From contig CAVSGM010000001.1 of the NCBI GenBank assembly GCA_963727485.1, positions 1,120,001 to 1,184,000 of the forward strand: 64,000 nt of DNA, in the 5' to 3' direction. Shown here in pieces: positions 38,595-49,774 of the stretch (position 1 is its first letter; each line of letters begins with the position of its first letter). A model generated the notes under the pieces. That model made no database searches, had not been told where the DNA came from, and saw only the letters and a list, made by a program, of their open reading frames with translations. This stretch comes from an uncultured delta proteobacterium (GTDB taxonomy: Bacteria; Myxococcota; Myxococcia; SLRQ01). Both the position numbers and the translations under genes were made by a program.

Positions 38595-40166
38595 ATGCTG
38601 CGCTGGAGCCTGCCCCGACCCCACTGGTGCCCCCACCGGTCCCCCACCCGCGGCGCCGGTCGCTTCGGCGTGCCCGCGGCGCTCCTCGCGGCCCTCTGCG
38701 CCGTGGGGCCCGCCCACGCCCAGGCCGCGCCGCCCGCCGACGGCTACCAGCCGACCCTCTCGGCAACGCGGTGGGGATGGCGCCTCCAGGTGCCGGTCCT
38801 CCTCACCGGCCGGGCCGAGGACGTGGCCGCCTTCCCCGTGGACAGCTCGGGGGACACCCTGGCCTCGGGCGCCGCGCTCTCACCCCTGCTGCGGCTCAAT
38901 GCCAGCCTGGACACGGTGCGGCCCCTCGGCGGGCACCTGCTGATCCACGCCGAGTACGAGCAGGACCTGCCCACCGGGACCTTCACCACGGTCGCGCCCC
39001 TCGCCGGGGCGGGGATGCCCGGCTCGCAGCCCCTGACCACCCAGCTGCGCAAGGCCTGGGCGATGGTCGCGTGGGGCCGCCAGGCCCGCCTCGGTGGCGG
39101 CTTCATGACCAGCCACTGGGGCCTGGGGCTGGTGGCCAACGACGGCGCCCACGGCTGGACGCCCGGCTCGGCGGACTTCACCGACCCCCGGGGCGGTGAC
39201 CTGGTGCTCCGGGGCTTCGTCGGGACCGGGCCTCTCACCGATGCCCGCGTGGTGGCCACGGTGGCCTTCGACAAGGTCGAGCACGACGACCTGCTCCTCG
39301 AGGGCGACACCGCCTACGAGGCCATCGCCTCGGTGGTCGCCTTCGAGGGCCGGCCCTCCCACGTGGGGCTCTTCGTGGTCTACCGCCGGCAGCAGGCGGC
39401 GGACGGCCGGAGCCTCGACGCGGTGGTGGTGGACCCCGCCGGCCGCCTCGAGCTCGACCTCCACCGGGCGACCCTGACCCTGGAGGCCGAGGGCGCCCTG
39501 GTCCTGGGCAGCACCACCTTCGGGGCCACCGCCGACGTGCCCGTGGGCCACGTGCTCCAGCTCGGCGGCGTCCTCCGCGCGACGCTGGAGACCAAGAAGC
39601 TCGGCGGGGTCGTCGACCTGGTCTACGCCTCGGGGGACTCCAACCTCCACGACGCGGCGGTCACCGGCTTCCACGCCGACCCCAACTTCGAGACCGGCCT
39701 GCTGCTCTTCCGCTACGTGCAGGCGGCGCAGTCGGCCCGCGGGGTGGCCACCGCCTCCAACCCCCAGCTGGTGGGGGCGCCGCCGCCGGGCATCGAGCGG
39801 CTGCCCACCCGAGGCGGGCTCACCGACGCGGTGGTCCTCTTCCCCCGGTTCTTCATCCGGCCCGTGCCCCACCTCGAGGCCTACGGCGGGGTGCTCTTCG
39901 CCGCCGCCCCCGCGCGCAACCTCGACCCCTTCAACACCGACCTCGCCGGGGGCTCGCCGCGCAACGCCCTCGGCGGCGACCCGGGCAGCTACTGGGGCAC
40001 CGAGGTCGACCTCGGCCTGCGCTACCGCTTCCAAGTCCACCACATGGAGCTGTCGGCCGGTGCCGAGGGCGGGGTGCTCTTCCCCGGCACGGCCCTGCGC
40101 CAGGCGTCCGGCGCCTTCCCCCCGCCCGTCTACGGAGCCCGGCTGCTGCTGGGCTACCGGCTCTAG
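38595..40166 (+). CDS. Outer-membrane beta-barrel (alginate-export/porin-like)
   Basis: Signal peptide (AHA); SHWGLGLVANDG; YASGD; GTEVDLGLRY; terminal LGYRL strand. Confidence 0.78.
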   Translation: MLRWSLPRPHWCPHRSPTRGAGRFGVPAALLAALCAVGPAHAQAAPPADGYQPTLSATRWGWRLQVPVLLTGRAEDVAAFPVDSSGDTLASGAALSPLLRLNASLDTVRPLGGHLLIHAEYEQDLPTGTFTTVAPLAGAGMPGSQPLTTQLRKAWAMVAWGRQARLGGGFMTSHWGLGLVANDGAHGWTPGSADFTDPRGGDLVLRGFVGTGPLTDARVVATVAFDKVEHDDLLLEGDTAYEAIASVVAFEGRPSHVGLFVVYRRQQAADGRSLDAVVVDPAGRLELDLHRATLTLEAEGALVLGSTTFGATADVPVGHVLQLGGVLRATLETKKLGGVVDLVYASGDSNLHDAAVTGFHADPNFETGLLLFRYVQAAQSARGVATASNPQLVGAPPPGIERLPTRGGLTDAVVLFPRFFIRPVPHLEAYGGVLFAAAPARNLDPFNTDLAGGSPRNALGGDPGSYWGTEVDLGLRYRFQVHHMELSAGAEGGVLFPGTALRQASGAFPPPVYGARLLLGYRL

Positions 40167-40186
40167 GCACGGCCGCGGAGATCCCG

Positions 40187-43177
40187 ATGCACACGAAGAT
40201 CCGCTCGCACCTCGTGCCCGTCGCCCTGCTCGCCGCCGCCGTCCTGGCCTCTGGCGGCTGCGGCTCGGGCAATCCCACGTTCCTCGCCCCGGCGCAGCCG
40301 GGCCAGGGACCCGTGGTCAACTTCGACGTCTACCACACGCCGTTTCCCGAGATCCCGCTGCCCAACGACTTCGCCACCCGCTACGACCCCACCTCGCCCA
40401 CGCTGCGCCGCCTCAACGCCAGCATCCTCGAGGCGAAGACCACCTGGGAGCAGCGGACCCGCGCCGAGCTCGACAAGCTCTCGGGGTGGGGGACCCTGGC
40501 GCCGATCACCGTGAGCTTCTCGAAGCCCATCGATCCCGAGGTGATCTTCAAGCACTACTTCCGCGACGACTTCGACTACTCGGACGACCCGGTGCTGGTC
40601 CTCGACGTCACCCCCGGGTCGCCGGGCTTCTGCGAGGCGGTGCCCCTCGACATGGGCCAGGGCAACTACCCGCAGGTGCTCGCCAAGCCGGTGATCTACG
40701 AGTCCGACCCCCGGGCGAACCTCCAGACGCTGACCATCGAGACCACCGAGGAGGACACCAACGGCAACGGCAAGCTCGACCCCGGCGAGGACACGGACAT
40801 GGACGGCGTCCTCGACCACCCCGACACCCGGGACGGCAAGCCCGACGGCCAGCGCCTCGAGTTCTACGAGCGCGAGACCAACACGCTCATCATGAAGCCG
40901 GTGATGCCCATGCGCGAGGCCACCACCTACGCGGTGGTGCTCACCGACCGCCTGGTGTCGCCGTCGGGCCAGCCGGTGCGCTCGCCGTTCGCCGGCATCA
41001 ACAGCGCCGCCCAGACCGAGGCCTTGAGGCCGCTGTCGCGCTGCCTGCCCAAGTACGGGCTGGCGCTCAAGGACGTGGCCTTCACCTGGAGCTTCACCAC
41101 CCAGAACCTCACCCACGACTACAAGGAGGTTCGCGACGGGCTCTACGGGATCGGGAAGCTGGCCCAGGTGGGCAAGGACTTCCCGGCGACCCTCTCGCAC
41201 CTCTACCAGGTCCGGGACCCGGCGGCCGGGGTGACCAACACCCGGATCGTGCCCATGGCCAAGTTCCTGCCGCTGGCCCTGCAGCTCCTGCAGCTCACCG
41301 GATCGACCAAGGACCAGGTGGCGGTGTTCAAGGCCACCATGGGGAACGTGGACTTCGTGGCGTCGGGCACCATCGCCTCGCCCCAGTTCTTCCCCCGCAA
41401 GGACGCGGACGGGAAGATGCTCCCCCTCTACGACCAGGTGTGGAACCTGAAGGCCAAGCCCCGCAGTGAGGACGTGCCCTTCTGGATCTTCGTCCCCAAG
41501 AACCGCACCGGGCCGGCGCCGGTGGCGATCTTCATCCACGGCCACGGCGGGAGCATGTTCGACGCCTTGCCGTTTGCCGGGCTGCTGGCCAGCTACGGCA
41601 TCGCCACCATGGGCATCGACGCCCCGAGCCACGGCGTCGCCCTCCCGGACAGCGAGGCGCAGCTGGTCCGGTCGTTCTTCGACAACGCCGGGCTCGGGGG
41701 GCTCGCCGACGCGCTGCTCGACGGGGGGCGCGCCATCGACTGGACCGGCGACGGCCAGAAGGACCCCGGCGACGACTACTGGTCGGCCTACGTCTTCCAC
41801 ACCCGGGACATGGTGCGCCAGACGGTGGTCGACGTGATGCAGGTGGCGCGCACCCTCGCCGCCTTCGACGGCAAGACCCACTGGGCCTTCGATCCGGCGC
41901 ACACCGGCTCGCCGGGGCTCGCCGGCGACTTCGACGGCGACGGCAAGGTCGACATCGGCGGCAAGGCCAAGCTGCACCTCATCGGCGGCTCGCTCGGGGG
42001 CATCCTCAGCGCCACGATCGCCGGGCTCGAGCCCAAGTTCCAGGACGCGGTCGCCATCGTGCCTGGGGGCATGCTCTCCGAGATCGGCTCGCGCTCGACC
42101 CTCCACGGCATCACCGACGCCATGGTGCTGCGCACCCTCGGCCCGCTCTTCTACGAGGACGGCGGCGCGCTGATGCTCCGCGCCAACCAGGGCCAGACCT
42201 CCGACGTCGCCCTGAAGATCGCCGACCTGCCGACCCTCGACCCCGAGGACACGGTGGTCCTCACCAACCACAAGACCGGCGACTACCGCTGCGCCGCCGT
42301 CCAGGCCTCGGGGACCTTCCGGGTCGCCGTCTCCTCCGACGAAGGCGATCCCCTGGAGCTCACCGTCTACCACGGGCCCCTGAAGCCCAAGACCCCCGAG
42401 GGCTGCGCGCTTCCCCAGGCGGCGCCCTACGTCGACCTGAAGACCTTCGGCTACGACGTGAGCCTCGACGGGACCACCTGGAAGCAGGGCACGCCCCTCC
42501 AGGCGCCCTGCGACGGCTTCGGGATGCGGCGCGCCACCCCGGACCTCCGGCGGTTCTTGGGCCTGTCGCAGATCGCCCTCGAGGCCGGGGACCCGATGAA
42601 CTGGGCGCCGTACTGGGACGGCACCCGCAAGCTGACCTACGGGACCGGGGAGACGGTGCACACCAACGTCATCGTCATGCCCTCCAACGGGGACCCCGGG
42701 GTGATGGTCGCCGACGGCATCGCGCTGGCGCGGGCCGCGGGCTTCATCCCCTACGACCACGACGACCCCCAGTACGGCGTGTCCGACAACCAGGAGCTCA
42801 TCGACATCTGGGCCACCGAGGGCACCTACCGCCTGGGGCACTACCACGACAGCCAGGGCAACCCGGTGCTCATGGACGTGGAGAACTTCGCGTCGATGGT
42901 CCCGGTGGACGACGGCTTCGACGTGCCGCGCCTCGACCCGCCCCTGCGCCTGATGTCGAAGGCCTCGGACGGCACCTGGCACGGGTTCATCCTCCCCATG
43001 CTCACGCCCCAGGGGAAGCACGGCTTCGTGGCGCCGGACCCGACCCAGCCCTTCGACCAGGGGACCTACCTGCTGAACATCGTCGGCCGCTACCTCTCGA
43101 GCGACGACAAGGACTTCTCCTGGGACGTGTGCCAGGCGACGTCCAACTGCACCTGGCCGACCTTCCCGCTGAAGTAG
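40187..43177 (+). CDS. Lipoprotein with Ig-like region and alpha/beta-hydrolase (lipase-like) domain
   Basis: Lipobox SGG-C; IPLPND; IFIHGHGGS, GIDAPSHG, nucleophile elbow GGSLGG; C-terminal KHGF. Confidence 0.82.
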   Translation: MHTKIRSHLVPVALLAAAVLASGGCGSGNPTFLAPAQPGQGPVVNFDVYHTPFPEIPLPNDFATRYDPTSPTLRRLNASILEAKTTWEQRTRAELDKLSGWGTLAPITVSFSKPIDPEVIFKHYFRDDFDYSDDPVLVLDVTPGSPGFCEAVPLDMGQGNYPQVLAKPVIYESDPRANLQTLTIETTEEDTNGNGKLDPGEDTDMDGVLDHPDTRDGKPDGQRLEFYERETNTLIMKPVMPMREATTYAVVLTDRLVSPSGQPVRSPFAGINSAAQTEALRPLSRCLPKYGLALKDVAFTWSFTTQNLTHDYKEVRDGLYGIGKLAQVGKDFPATLSHLYQVRDPAAGVTNTRIVPMAKFLPLALQLLQLTGSTKDQVAVFKATMGNVDFVASGTIASPQFFPRKDADGKMLPLYDQVWNLKAKPRSEDVPFWIFVPKNRTGPAPVAIFIHGHGGSMFDALPFAGLLASYGIATMGIDAPSHGVALPDSEAQLVRSFFDNAGLGGLADALLDGGRAIDWTGDGQKDPGDDYWSAYVFHTRDMVRQTVVDVMQVARTLAAFDGKTHWAFDPAHTGSPGLAGDFDGDGKVDIGGKAKLHLIGGSLGGILSATIAGLEPKFQDAVAIVPGGMLSEIGSRSTLHGITDAMVLRTLGPLFYEDGGALMLRANQGQTSDVALKIADLPTLDPEDTVVLTNHKTGDYRCAAVQASGTFRVAVSSDEGDPLELTVYHGPLKPKTPEGCALPQAAPYVDLKTFGYDVSLDGTTWKQGTPLQAPCDGFGMRRATPDLRRFLGLSQIALEAGDPMNWAPYWDGTRKLTYGTGETVHTNVIVMPSNGDPGVMVADGIALARAAGFIPYDHDDPQYGVSDNQELIDIWATEGTYRLGHYHDSQGNPVLMDVENFASMVPVDDGFDVPRLDPPLRLMSKASDGTWHGFILPMLTPQGKHGFVAPDPTQPFDQGTYLLNIVGRYLSSDDKDFSWDVCQATSNCTWPTFPLK

Positions 43178-43215
43178 CCGCGGGGGCGTGAAGGCGGGCC
43201 GGCGGGCCGGCGGCG

Positions 43216-44331
43216 CTACTTCGTCGGGCAGGCGAGGTCGAAGACGGCCACGCCCTTCGCCCCCATGCTCACCGCGACGGTCTGCCCCTGGTGGGCCACC
43301 GACACCGCCGGCCCCGGAAGCGCCTGGTGGATCCACACCTGGGGCTTGGTCTTGTCGAGGAGGTCGGCGACCACCAGGCCCCCGGATCCGTCGGCGACGA
43401 GGATGGTGCGCGAGCTGAACATGTCCACGTCCATGGCCGGCCCGGGGAGCGTGAGGGTGGCGATGCGCGCCGGCCCGCCCTTGGCCCCGAGGTCGAACAC
43501 GCCCATCCCGGCGCCATCCTCGGCGAGGGTGACCAGGTTCCCCCGGCGGGCGATGGCCCGGGCGCGCCCCTCGGTGGGCAGGTCGAAGCCGTCGACCACC
43601 TTCGCGGCGGTGGGGTCGGAGAAGTCCACCTCGTCGATCCCGGCGAGCCCGTCGGCGACGAGGATCTTGTCGTTCCACAGGACCGCGTCGTAGGCGCGCC
43701 CGGCGGTGTCGGCCCGGGAGAGGCGGGTGAGGTTGGTCCAGTCCGAGGCGTCGAGGATCTCCAGGCCCTTGCCGTAGGTGTAGGCGACCACGTAGGTCTG
43801 GGTGCGGCCGACCCCGACGATGCGGTCGCTGCCCAGGTAGGTGCCGAGGGGCGTGGTGAGGTTGGTCCCGGTGCGGGGGAAGACCTCGAGGCCCCCGAGA
43901 CCCTCGACGGCGATGAGGGCGTCACTGGCCTCGTTGACGTCGATGGCCGGCTGGGCGGTGGGCCGGATCTGCGTCCGGGTGACGCCGCCGTCGGGGAGCC
44001 CCGAGAGGTCGAAGGTCTCGATGCCCGCGTCCCCGGAGGCGACCTGGAGGCGGCTGTGGGTGGGGTAGTAGATGCCGCCGGCGGTGCCCGCGGTCTTGAT
44101 GGTGGCGATCTGCTTCATCGCAGGCTGGGGCCGACCCCAGACGCAGTAGCCCCCGTCGCAGGCGTCGGTGGTGCAGGGGTCGCCGTCGTTGCACTTCTGG
44201 GCGGCGTTGGCGGCGGTGCACTGGTTGCCCACGCCCCCGTCGGTGCCGCCATCGGTGGCGCCCGAGCCGGGCTTGCACCCGGAGGCGAAGGCGAGGGCGA
44301 GGACCAGGGCGAGGGGCAGGCGGCGAGGCAT
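43216..44331 (-). CDS. LVIVD-repeat lipoprotein
   Basis: Lipobox FASG-C; CNDGDPCTTDAC repeat; repeated VADG..GL.I.D.SDP units. Confidence 0.85.
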   Translation of the reverse strand: MPRRLPLALVLALAFASGCKPGSGATDGGTDGGVGNQCTAANAAQKCNDGDPCTTDACDGGYCVWGRPQPAMKQIATIKTAGTAGGIYYPTHSRLQVASGDAGIETFDLSGLPDGGVTRTQIRPTAQPAIDVNEASDALIAVEGLGGLEVFPRTGTNLTTPLGTYLGSDRIVGVGRTQTYVVAYTYGKGLEILDASDWTNLTRLSRADTAGRAYDAVLWNDKILVADGLAGIDEVDFSDPTAAKVVDGFDLPTEGRARAIARRGNLVTLAEDGAGMGVFDLGAKGGPARIATLTLPGPAMDVDMFSSRTILVADGSGGLVVADLLDKTKPQVWIHQALPGPAVSVAHQGQTVAVSMGAKGVAVFDLACPTK

Positions 44332-44379
44332 CCCCGGAGTATACCGGGGCCTGGGGGCCGTCGCACCCGGCAGGCGGGC

Positions 44380-46180
44380 TCAGCGCATCCGGCCGAGGAG
44401 GGTGAGCAGCCCCACCACCGCGAAGACCGTGAGCACCACCAGGATGGTCACGCCCACCGGAGGCCGGTAGCGGTGCTCGCTGTAGGGGCTGCGGCCGAAG
44501 CCCTCGCCGGGGCCGGGGGCGTGGCGCGGCTCGAAGACCCCGCGGCCCAGGACCCGCTCGGCGAGGACCAGGGGGTTGTGGAGGAAGTGCAGGCCCTCGG
44601 CGACCACCACCGCCAGGCCCCGGCCGAAGGCGTCCTGGAAGCGCACCAGGCCCCGGGAGATCCCGAGGAAGAGGGCCTTGCCGGGGCGCCGATAGAGCCA
44701 GTCGAGGTCGAGGCGGGTGCCCTCCCGGCCGGCGAGCCAGGGGCGGACGAAGACGAAGGCCACCGCCACCCCGCCGAGGAGCGCCACCGTCTCCCCGAGT
44801 CGCGCGAGGGCGTAGGGGTGGAAGCGGGCGGCGACGGCGGGGAAGGGCAGCATCCCGTAGAGCAGGCCCGGGTCCACGCCGAAGAGCACGCAGAGGACGG
44901 CGCCGGCGAGCATCGCCACCTTCATGTTCCAGGGCAGGGGGCGCACCGTCGGGGGGATCCGCGGCGGCGGGGCGAAGAACACGAACCAGAGCAGCTTGCA
45001 CCCGGTGTAGAGGAAGGTGCCCGCGGCGGCGACCTCGAGGGCGAGCGCCACCCACCCGTGGCCCGCGGCGCCGGCGGCGGCGATCTCCATGGTCTTGGTG
45101 GTGAACCCGTTGAACCCGGGGACTCCGGAGATGGCCGCGGCGCCCACCGCGAAGATGCCCAGGGTGAAGGGCATGGCCCGGGCGAGGCCCCCGAGGCGGG
45201 TGAGGCGCGCGCGGCCGGTGGCGTAGAGGAGGGCGCCGGCGGCCATGAAGAGCAGCGACTTGTAGAGGATGTGGGCGAAGGCGTGGGCGGCGGCGCCGTC
45301 GAGGGCCAGCGGCGTGCCCACGCCCACCGCGGCGACCATGTAGCCCACCTGGCTGACGATGGAGTAGGCCAGAAGCCGCCGGACGTCGTTGGCCATCAGG
45401 GCGTAGACCACGCCCCAGATCGCCATCACCGTCCCCGCGGCGATGAGCACCTGCCACCCGGGGAAGAGGAGGATGAGGGCGAAGACCGCGGTCTTGGTGG
45501 TGAACACCGAGAGGTAGACGGCGCCCTCGGGGGTGGCCTCGGGGTAGGCGTCGGGGAGCCAGGCGTGGAGCGGGGGGATGGCGGCGTTCACCGCGACCCC
45601 CAGGAGCACCAGCCAGCCGCTGGCGTCGCCGGTGAAGGGCGTGAGCGCCAGGCCGTGGCCGCCCGCCACCCGGGTGACGATCCCGGCGACGAGCAGCGCC
45701 CCGCCCAGGGCGTGGAAGGCCACGTAGCGGGTGCCCGCGGCGCGGCTCCTTGGGGTCCAGCGGCGGAAGACCAGGAGCGCCGAGGAGATGCCCATCAGCT
45801 CCCAGAAGAGCACGAAGGCCAGCAGGTCCCCGGCGAAGCACACGCCCAGCGACCCGGCGGCGTAGACCAGCGCCGCGGCGCCGTGGACCGGGTCCTCGAG
45901 GTGGAGGGCGTAGATCGCCGCCAGGAGCGCCACGGTGGCGAAGACCCCGCCGAAGACCAGGCGCAGGGCGTCGACGTGGAAGAGGTGGGCCTCATAGCCC
46001 ATCCAGGGGAAGACCAGAATCCGGGGCCCCCTGGCGCGCGGCCCACACCGCGTAGAGGGCGAGCGCCGGGAACGCCACCTGGGCGAGCTTCCGGGGCGTG
46101 CCTCGGAGCAGCGCCACCACGGCGGCGCCGGCGAGGAGGATCAGCGCCGGGGGGAGCGGCCAGGGCAGCCCGCTAGGCAT
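44380..46180 (-). CDS. mrpD: Mrp antiporter MrpA/D-like subunit; frameshift at ~46018
   Basis: FWELM, PPLHAWLPDAYPEA, LLAYSIVSQVGYM, HILYKSLLFM. N-terminus in ORF 45992..46180 joins after removing one T. Confidence 0.88.
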
Positions 46181-46412
46181 CGTCGTCCTCCCCGTCGAAG
46201 CCGGGGCGCCGCTCGGCGAGCGGCCTCACCCCCAGGTACGCCACCGCGGCGAGGCCGGCGGCGCTGGCCAGCCCCAGGAGCGCGGGCCCGAGGGGAACGG
46301 TCGCCCACACCGGCGCCCCGTGCTCGTGGGGGCCGAAGAGCGCCAGCGCCGATCCGAGGAGGGCGGCCACGGCTCCGGCGCCGAGGATCCAGCGGCGGGC
46401 GGCGCGGGTCAT
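46173..46412 (-). CDS. Small membrane protein of the mrp cluster
   Basis: Two hydrophobic helices; overlaps both neighbours; R..GFD C-terminus. Confidence 0.7.
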   Translation of the reverse strand: MTRAARRWILGAGAVAALLGSALALFGPHEHGAPVWATVPLGPALLGLASAAGLAAVAYLGVRPLAERRPGFDGEDDDA

Positions 46413-47902
46413 CCGTGGACCCCCCCGAAGGCCGCGGCGGTGACCTTCGCCACCAGGCCCCAGAAGTCCGGGCCGAAGCTGGGCACCAGGCCCAGGACCA
46501 GGCAGGCGGCGGCGGTGAACAAGGGCGGGCCCACCAGGGTCCAGGGCGCCTCGTCGTAGTGGTCGAAGCGCTCGCTCTTCACGAAGAAGGCGTTCCACAC
46601 GATGGGGAAGAAGTAGAGGGCGTTGAGGAGGGCCGATCCCACCAGGACCAGGAGCAGCCCCAGGTCGTGGGCCTGCATGGCGCCGACCCCGAGCCACCAC
46701 TTGGTGACGAAGCCCGGGAGCGGGGGGATCCCGGCGATGCCGAAGGCCCCGAGGGCGAACGCGCCCATGGTCAGGGGCATGGCCCGGCCGATGCCCTTCA
46801 TCTCGCTGACGTTGCGCACCCGGAGGTGGGCGTAGATGGCGCCGGCGCAGAAGAAGAGGGTGATCTTCATGAACGCGTGGTCGGCGATGTGGATCACCGC
46901 GCCGGTGAGCCCGCCCGGGGTCATCAGGGAGACGCCGAGGATGATGTAGGAGAGCTGGCTGATGGTGGAGTAGGCCAGCCGCTTCTTGAGGTTGTCCTGG
47001 GTCAGCGCCATGAACGACGCCGCCAGCACCGTGAACGCCGCCAGGGAGGCGAGCGGGAGCTGCACCCCGAGGCGCCGGAGGGTGTCGAGCCCGAAGACGA
47101 AGACCGCCACCCGGATGACCCCGAAGACGCCGGCCTTCACCACCGCCACCGCGTGGAGCAGGGCCGAGACCGGCGTCGGCGCCACCATCGCCGCCGGGAG
47201 CCAGGCGTGCAGCGGCATCATCCCCGCCTTCACCCCCACGCCGATCATGAAGAGGATGAAGAGGATGACGAGCGTGCTCCGGGAGGCGACGCCGATGTGG
47301 AGGAAGCCCCCGGGGACGAAGCTCGGGGCGTGGACCAGGGTCTGGCTCCAGCCCACGGCGAGCAGCAGGCAGAGGCCGGCGGAGAGGGTGTAGACGAGGT
47401 ACTTGCGGCCGGCCTTGATGGCGCGCTCGTCCCGGTGGTGGACCACCAGGGGGTAGGCGGAGATGGTCAGGCCCTCGTAGAAGACCAGGAAGGTGAGCGG
47501 GTTGCCGGCGAACGCCACCCCCGCCGCCGAGGAGATGCACAGGGCGAAGGCGGCGTAGTAGCCGGTCTGGTGGTCCTCCTTCAGCGCGCGCATGTAGCCG
47601 ATGGAGTAGACCGTGGTGACCACCCAGAGGATGGAGCTCACCATGGCGAAGACCATCCCCAGGGCGTCGGTGCGCAGGACCAGGTCGAAGCCCGAGGCCA
47701 GGGGCAGCAGGCGCACCTCGAGGACGTGGCCGGCGAGGACCCCGGGGACCATGGAGCTCACCAGGACCAGCTGGGTGAGCGACCCGAGGATGGACCAGGT
47801 CTCCCGGAGGTTCGGGCGCCGGCGCGAGAGCCCGATGAGCACCGCCGTCACCGGCGTGACCAGGAGGACCCAGGCGGGTCGCAGTGCCAGGAAGTGGTCC
47901 AT
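46409..47902 (-). CDS. mrpD: Mrp Na+/H+ antiporter subunit D family
   Basis: PLHAWLPAAMVAPTPVSALLHAVAVVKAG; KKRLAYSTISQLSY. Confidence 0.92.
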   Translation of the reverse strand: MDHFLALRPAWVLLVTPVTAVLIGLSRRRPNLRETWSILGSLTQLVLVSSMVPGVLAGHVLEVRLLPLASGFDLVLRTDALGMVFAMVSSILWVVTTVYSIGYMRALKEDHQTGYYAAFALCISSAAGVAFAGNPLTFLVFYEGLTISAYPLVVHHRDERAIKAGRKYLVYTLSAGLCLLLAVGWSQTLVHAPSFVPGGFLHIGVASRSTLVILFILFMIGVGVKAGMMPLHAWLPAAMVAPTPVSALLHAVAVVKAGVFGVIRVAVFVFGLDTLRRLGVQLPLASLAAFTVLAASFMALTQDNLKKRLAYSTISQLSYIILGVSLMTPGGLTGAVIHIADHAFMKITLFFCAGAIYAHLRVRNVSEMKGIGRAMPLTMGAFALGAFGIAGIPPLPGFVTKWWLGVGAMQAHDLGLLLVLVGSALLNALYFFPIVWNAFFVKSERFDHYDEAPWTLVGPPLFTAAACLVLGLVPSFGPDFWGLVAKVTAAAFGGVHG

Positions 47903-47905
47903 TGG

Positions 47906-49399
47906 CTAGAGCCCCGCGGGGACGATGAACCGCACCACGTGCTGCACCAGGGGCCAGGAGCCGAGGCCGAGGACCAGGATGCCCACCGCGGTGATCGAAA
48001 GCGGCGCCAGGATGGACGCGGGCAGGGGGCGGATCTCCGAGGGGTGGATGTCGTGGGGCGTGGGGTCCACGCGCTTGGTGAAGTACACGCGCTCGAGGAT
48101 GCGGAAGAAGTAGACGGCGTTGAGGAGGCTACTGACCAGGATGATGACCACGAAGGGCCACTTGCCCGCGCGCAGGGCCCCCAGCACCAGGTACCACTTG
48201 GAGAAGAAGCCGGCGGTGGGCGGCAGGCCGACCATGGACAGCGCGGCGATGGTGAAGGCGGCCATGGCCACGGGCATCTGCTTGCCCAGGCCCCCGAAGC
48301 GCCGGATGTCCCGGTGCCCGAGGCGGAGCACCACCGCGCCGGTGACCATGAACAGGCAGGCCTTCATGAAGGCGTGGTCGATGATGTGGAGCACCGCGCC
48401 GGTGATCCCCGCGGCGTTCACCAGGGAGAAGCCCAGGAGGATGTAGCCGATCTGGGAGACGCTGGAGTAGGCCAGCATCCGTTTGAGGTCGGTCTGGGCG
48501 ATGGCGAGCACCGACCCGACGATGATCCCCGCGGCCGCCAGCCACCCCATGATCGAGGTGATGGGCAGGTGCTGGGGCCAGGAGCCGATCTCGTAGATGG
48601 TGTAGAGGACCCGGAAGATGGCGTAGGCGCCGACCTTGGTGCCCACCGCCGCCATGAACGCGGTGGTGACGTTGGGCGAGTAGCTGTAGGCGTCGGGGAG
48701 CCAGGCGTGGAGCGGGAAGAGCGCGGCTTTTATCCCGAAGCCGGTGAGGAGGAACGCCAGCGCCACCATGGCGGTGCGGCTGTCGTGGTAGGCCTGGAGG
48801 CGCCGGGCGACGTCGATGAAGTTCAGGCTCCCGGTCATGCCGTAGAGGTAGGCGAGGCCCAACAGGTAGAAGCTGGCGCCCAGGGTGCCGACCACGATGT
48901 AGCGGAAGGCGGCGAACGGCGCCTCGGGGTCGCCCACGGAGACCAGGGCGTAGCCGGTCAGCGCGGTGACCTCGAGGAAGACGTAGAGGTTGAAGAGGTC
49001 GCCGGTCATGGACATGCCGGTCATGCCCATGGTGAACAGCAGGTAGAGCGCGTAGTAGAAGTGGCTGCGCTGCTCCAGGCGCTCGCCGAGCGCCTCCTTG
49101 GCGAAGAGGAGCACCAGGAACGAGAGGCTGGTGATGAGCACCGCCATCACCGCCGAGAGGTAGTCGACGTGGAACTCGATGCCCCACGGCGGCCGCCAGC
49201 CCCCGAGGTAGTGGACCACCGGGTGGCCCGACATCACCACCAGCGCCGCCACGTAGAGGGCGGTGATGAGCGCCATGCCGCTGGCCACCAGCGCCACCGG
49301 GTGCACCAGGCGCGCCGAGGCGCGCCGGACGAAGGGCAGCGCCAGGGCGGGGAAGAAGAGCCAGCAGAGGACGATGATCGGCGCGGGGCTGTGGATCAC
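47906..49399 (-). CDS. mrpD: Mrp Na+/H+ antiporter subunit D
   Basis: GGWRPPWGIE; TGDLFNLYVFLE; KAALFPLHAWLPDAY. Confidence 0.93.
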   Translation of the reverse strand: MIHSPAPIIVLCWLFFPALALPFVRRASARLVHPVALVASGMALITALYVAALVVMSGHPVVHYLGGWRPPWGIEFHVDYLSAVMAVLITSLSFLVLLFAKEALGERLEQRSHFYYALYLLFTMGMTGMSMTGDLFNLYVFLEVTALTGYALVSVGDPEAPFAAFRYIVVGTLGASFYLLGLAYLYGMTGSLNFIDVARRLQAYHDSRTAMVALAFLLTGFGIKAALFPLHAWLPDAYSYSPNVTTAFMAAVGTKVGAYAIFRVLYTIYEIGSWPQHLPITSIMGWLAAAGIIVGSVLAIAQTDLKRMLAYSSVSQIGYILLGFSLVNAAGITGAVLHIIDHAFMKACLFMVTGAVVLRLGHRDIRRFGGLGKQMPVAMAAFTIAALSMVGLPPTAGFFSKWYLVLGALRAGKWPFVVIILVSSLLNAVYFFRILERVYFTKRVDPTPHDIHPSEIRPLPASILAPLSITAVGILVLGLGSWPLVQHVVRFIVPAGL

Positions 49400-49761
49400 C
49401 GCATCTTCTCCAGGATCTCGTCCTCCTCGAGGGTCCCGTAGCGCTTGTGGATCCGGATGAGGAGCGCCAGCGCCACCCCGGTGGTGGCGATGCCCACCAC
49501 GATGGCGGTGAGCATCAGGGCCTGGGGCAGGGGGTTGGCGTACTGCGCCGCGTGGATCGGATGGCCGAGCTTGGGATCGTAGACGGGGATGGTGGCCCCG
49601 AACTTGGGGCTGTAGGTGAGGAAGAAGAGGATCACCCCCACCTGGAGGATGTTCATCCCCATCAGCTTCTTGAGGAGGTTGCGCTTGGCCATCATCCCGT
49701 AGATGCCCACGAGCATCAGGATCGAGATGACCCAGTAGTTGTACCAGTCGAACAGGTGCAT
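49396..49761 (-). CDS. mrpC: Mrp subunit C
   Basis: NLLKK; NPLPQALMLTAIVVG; YGTLEEDEI. Confidence 0.93.
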   Translation of the reverse strand: MHLFDWYNYWVISILMLVGIYGMMAKRNLLKKLMGMNILQVGVILFFLTYSPKFGATIPVYDPKLGHPIHAAQYANPLPQALMLTAIVVGIATTGVALALLIRIHKRYGTLEEDEILEKMR

Positions 49762-49774
49762 GGCGGGATGCGGG

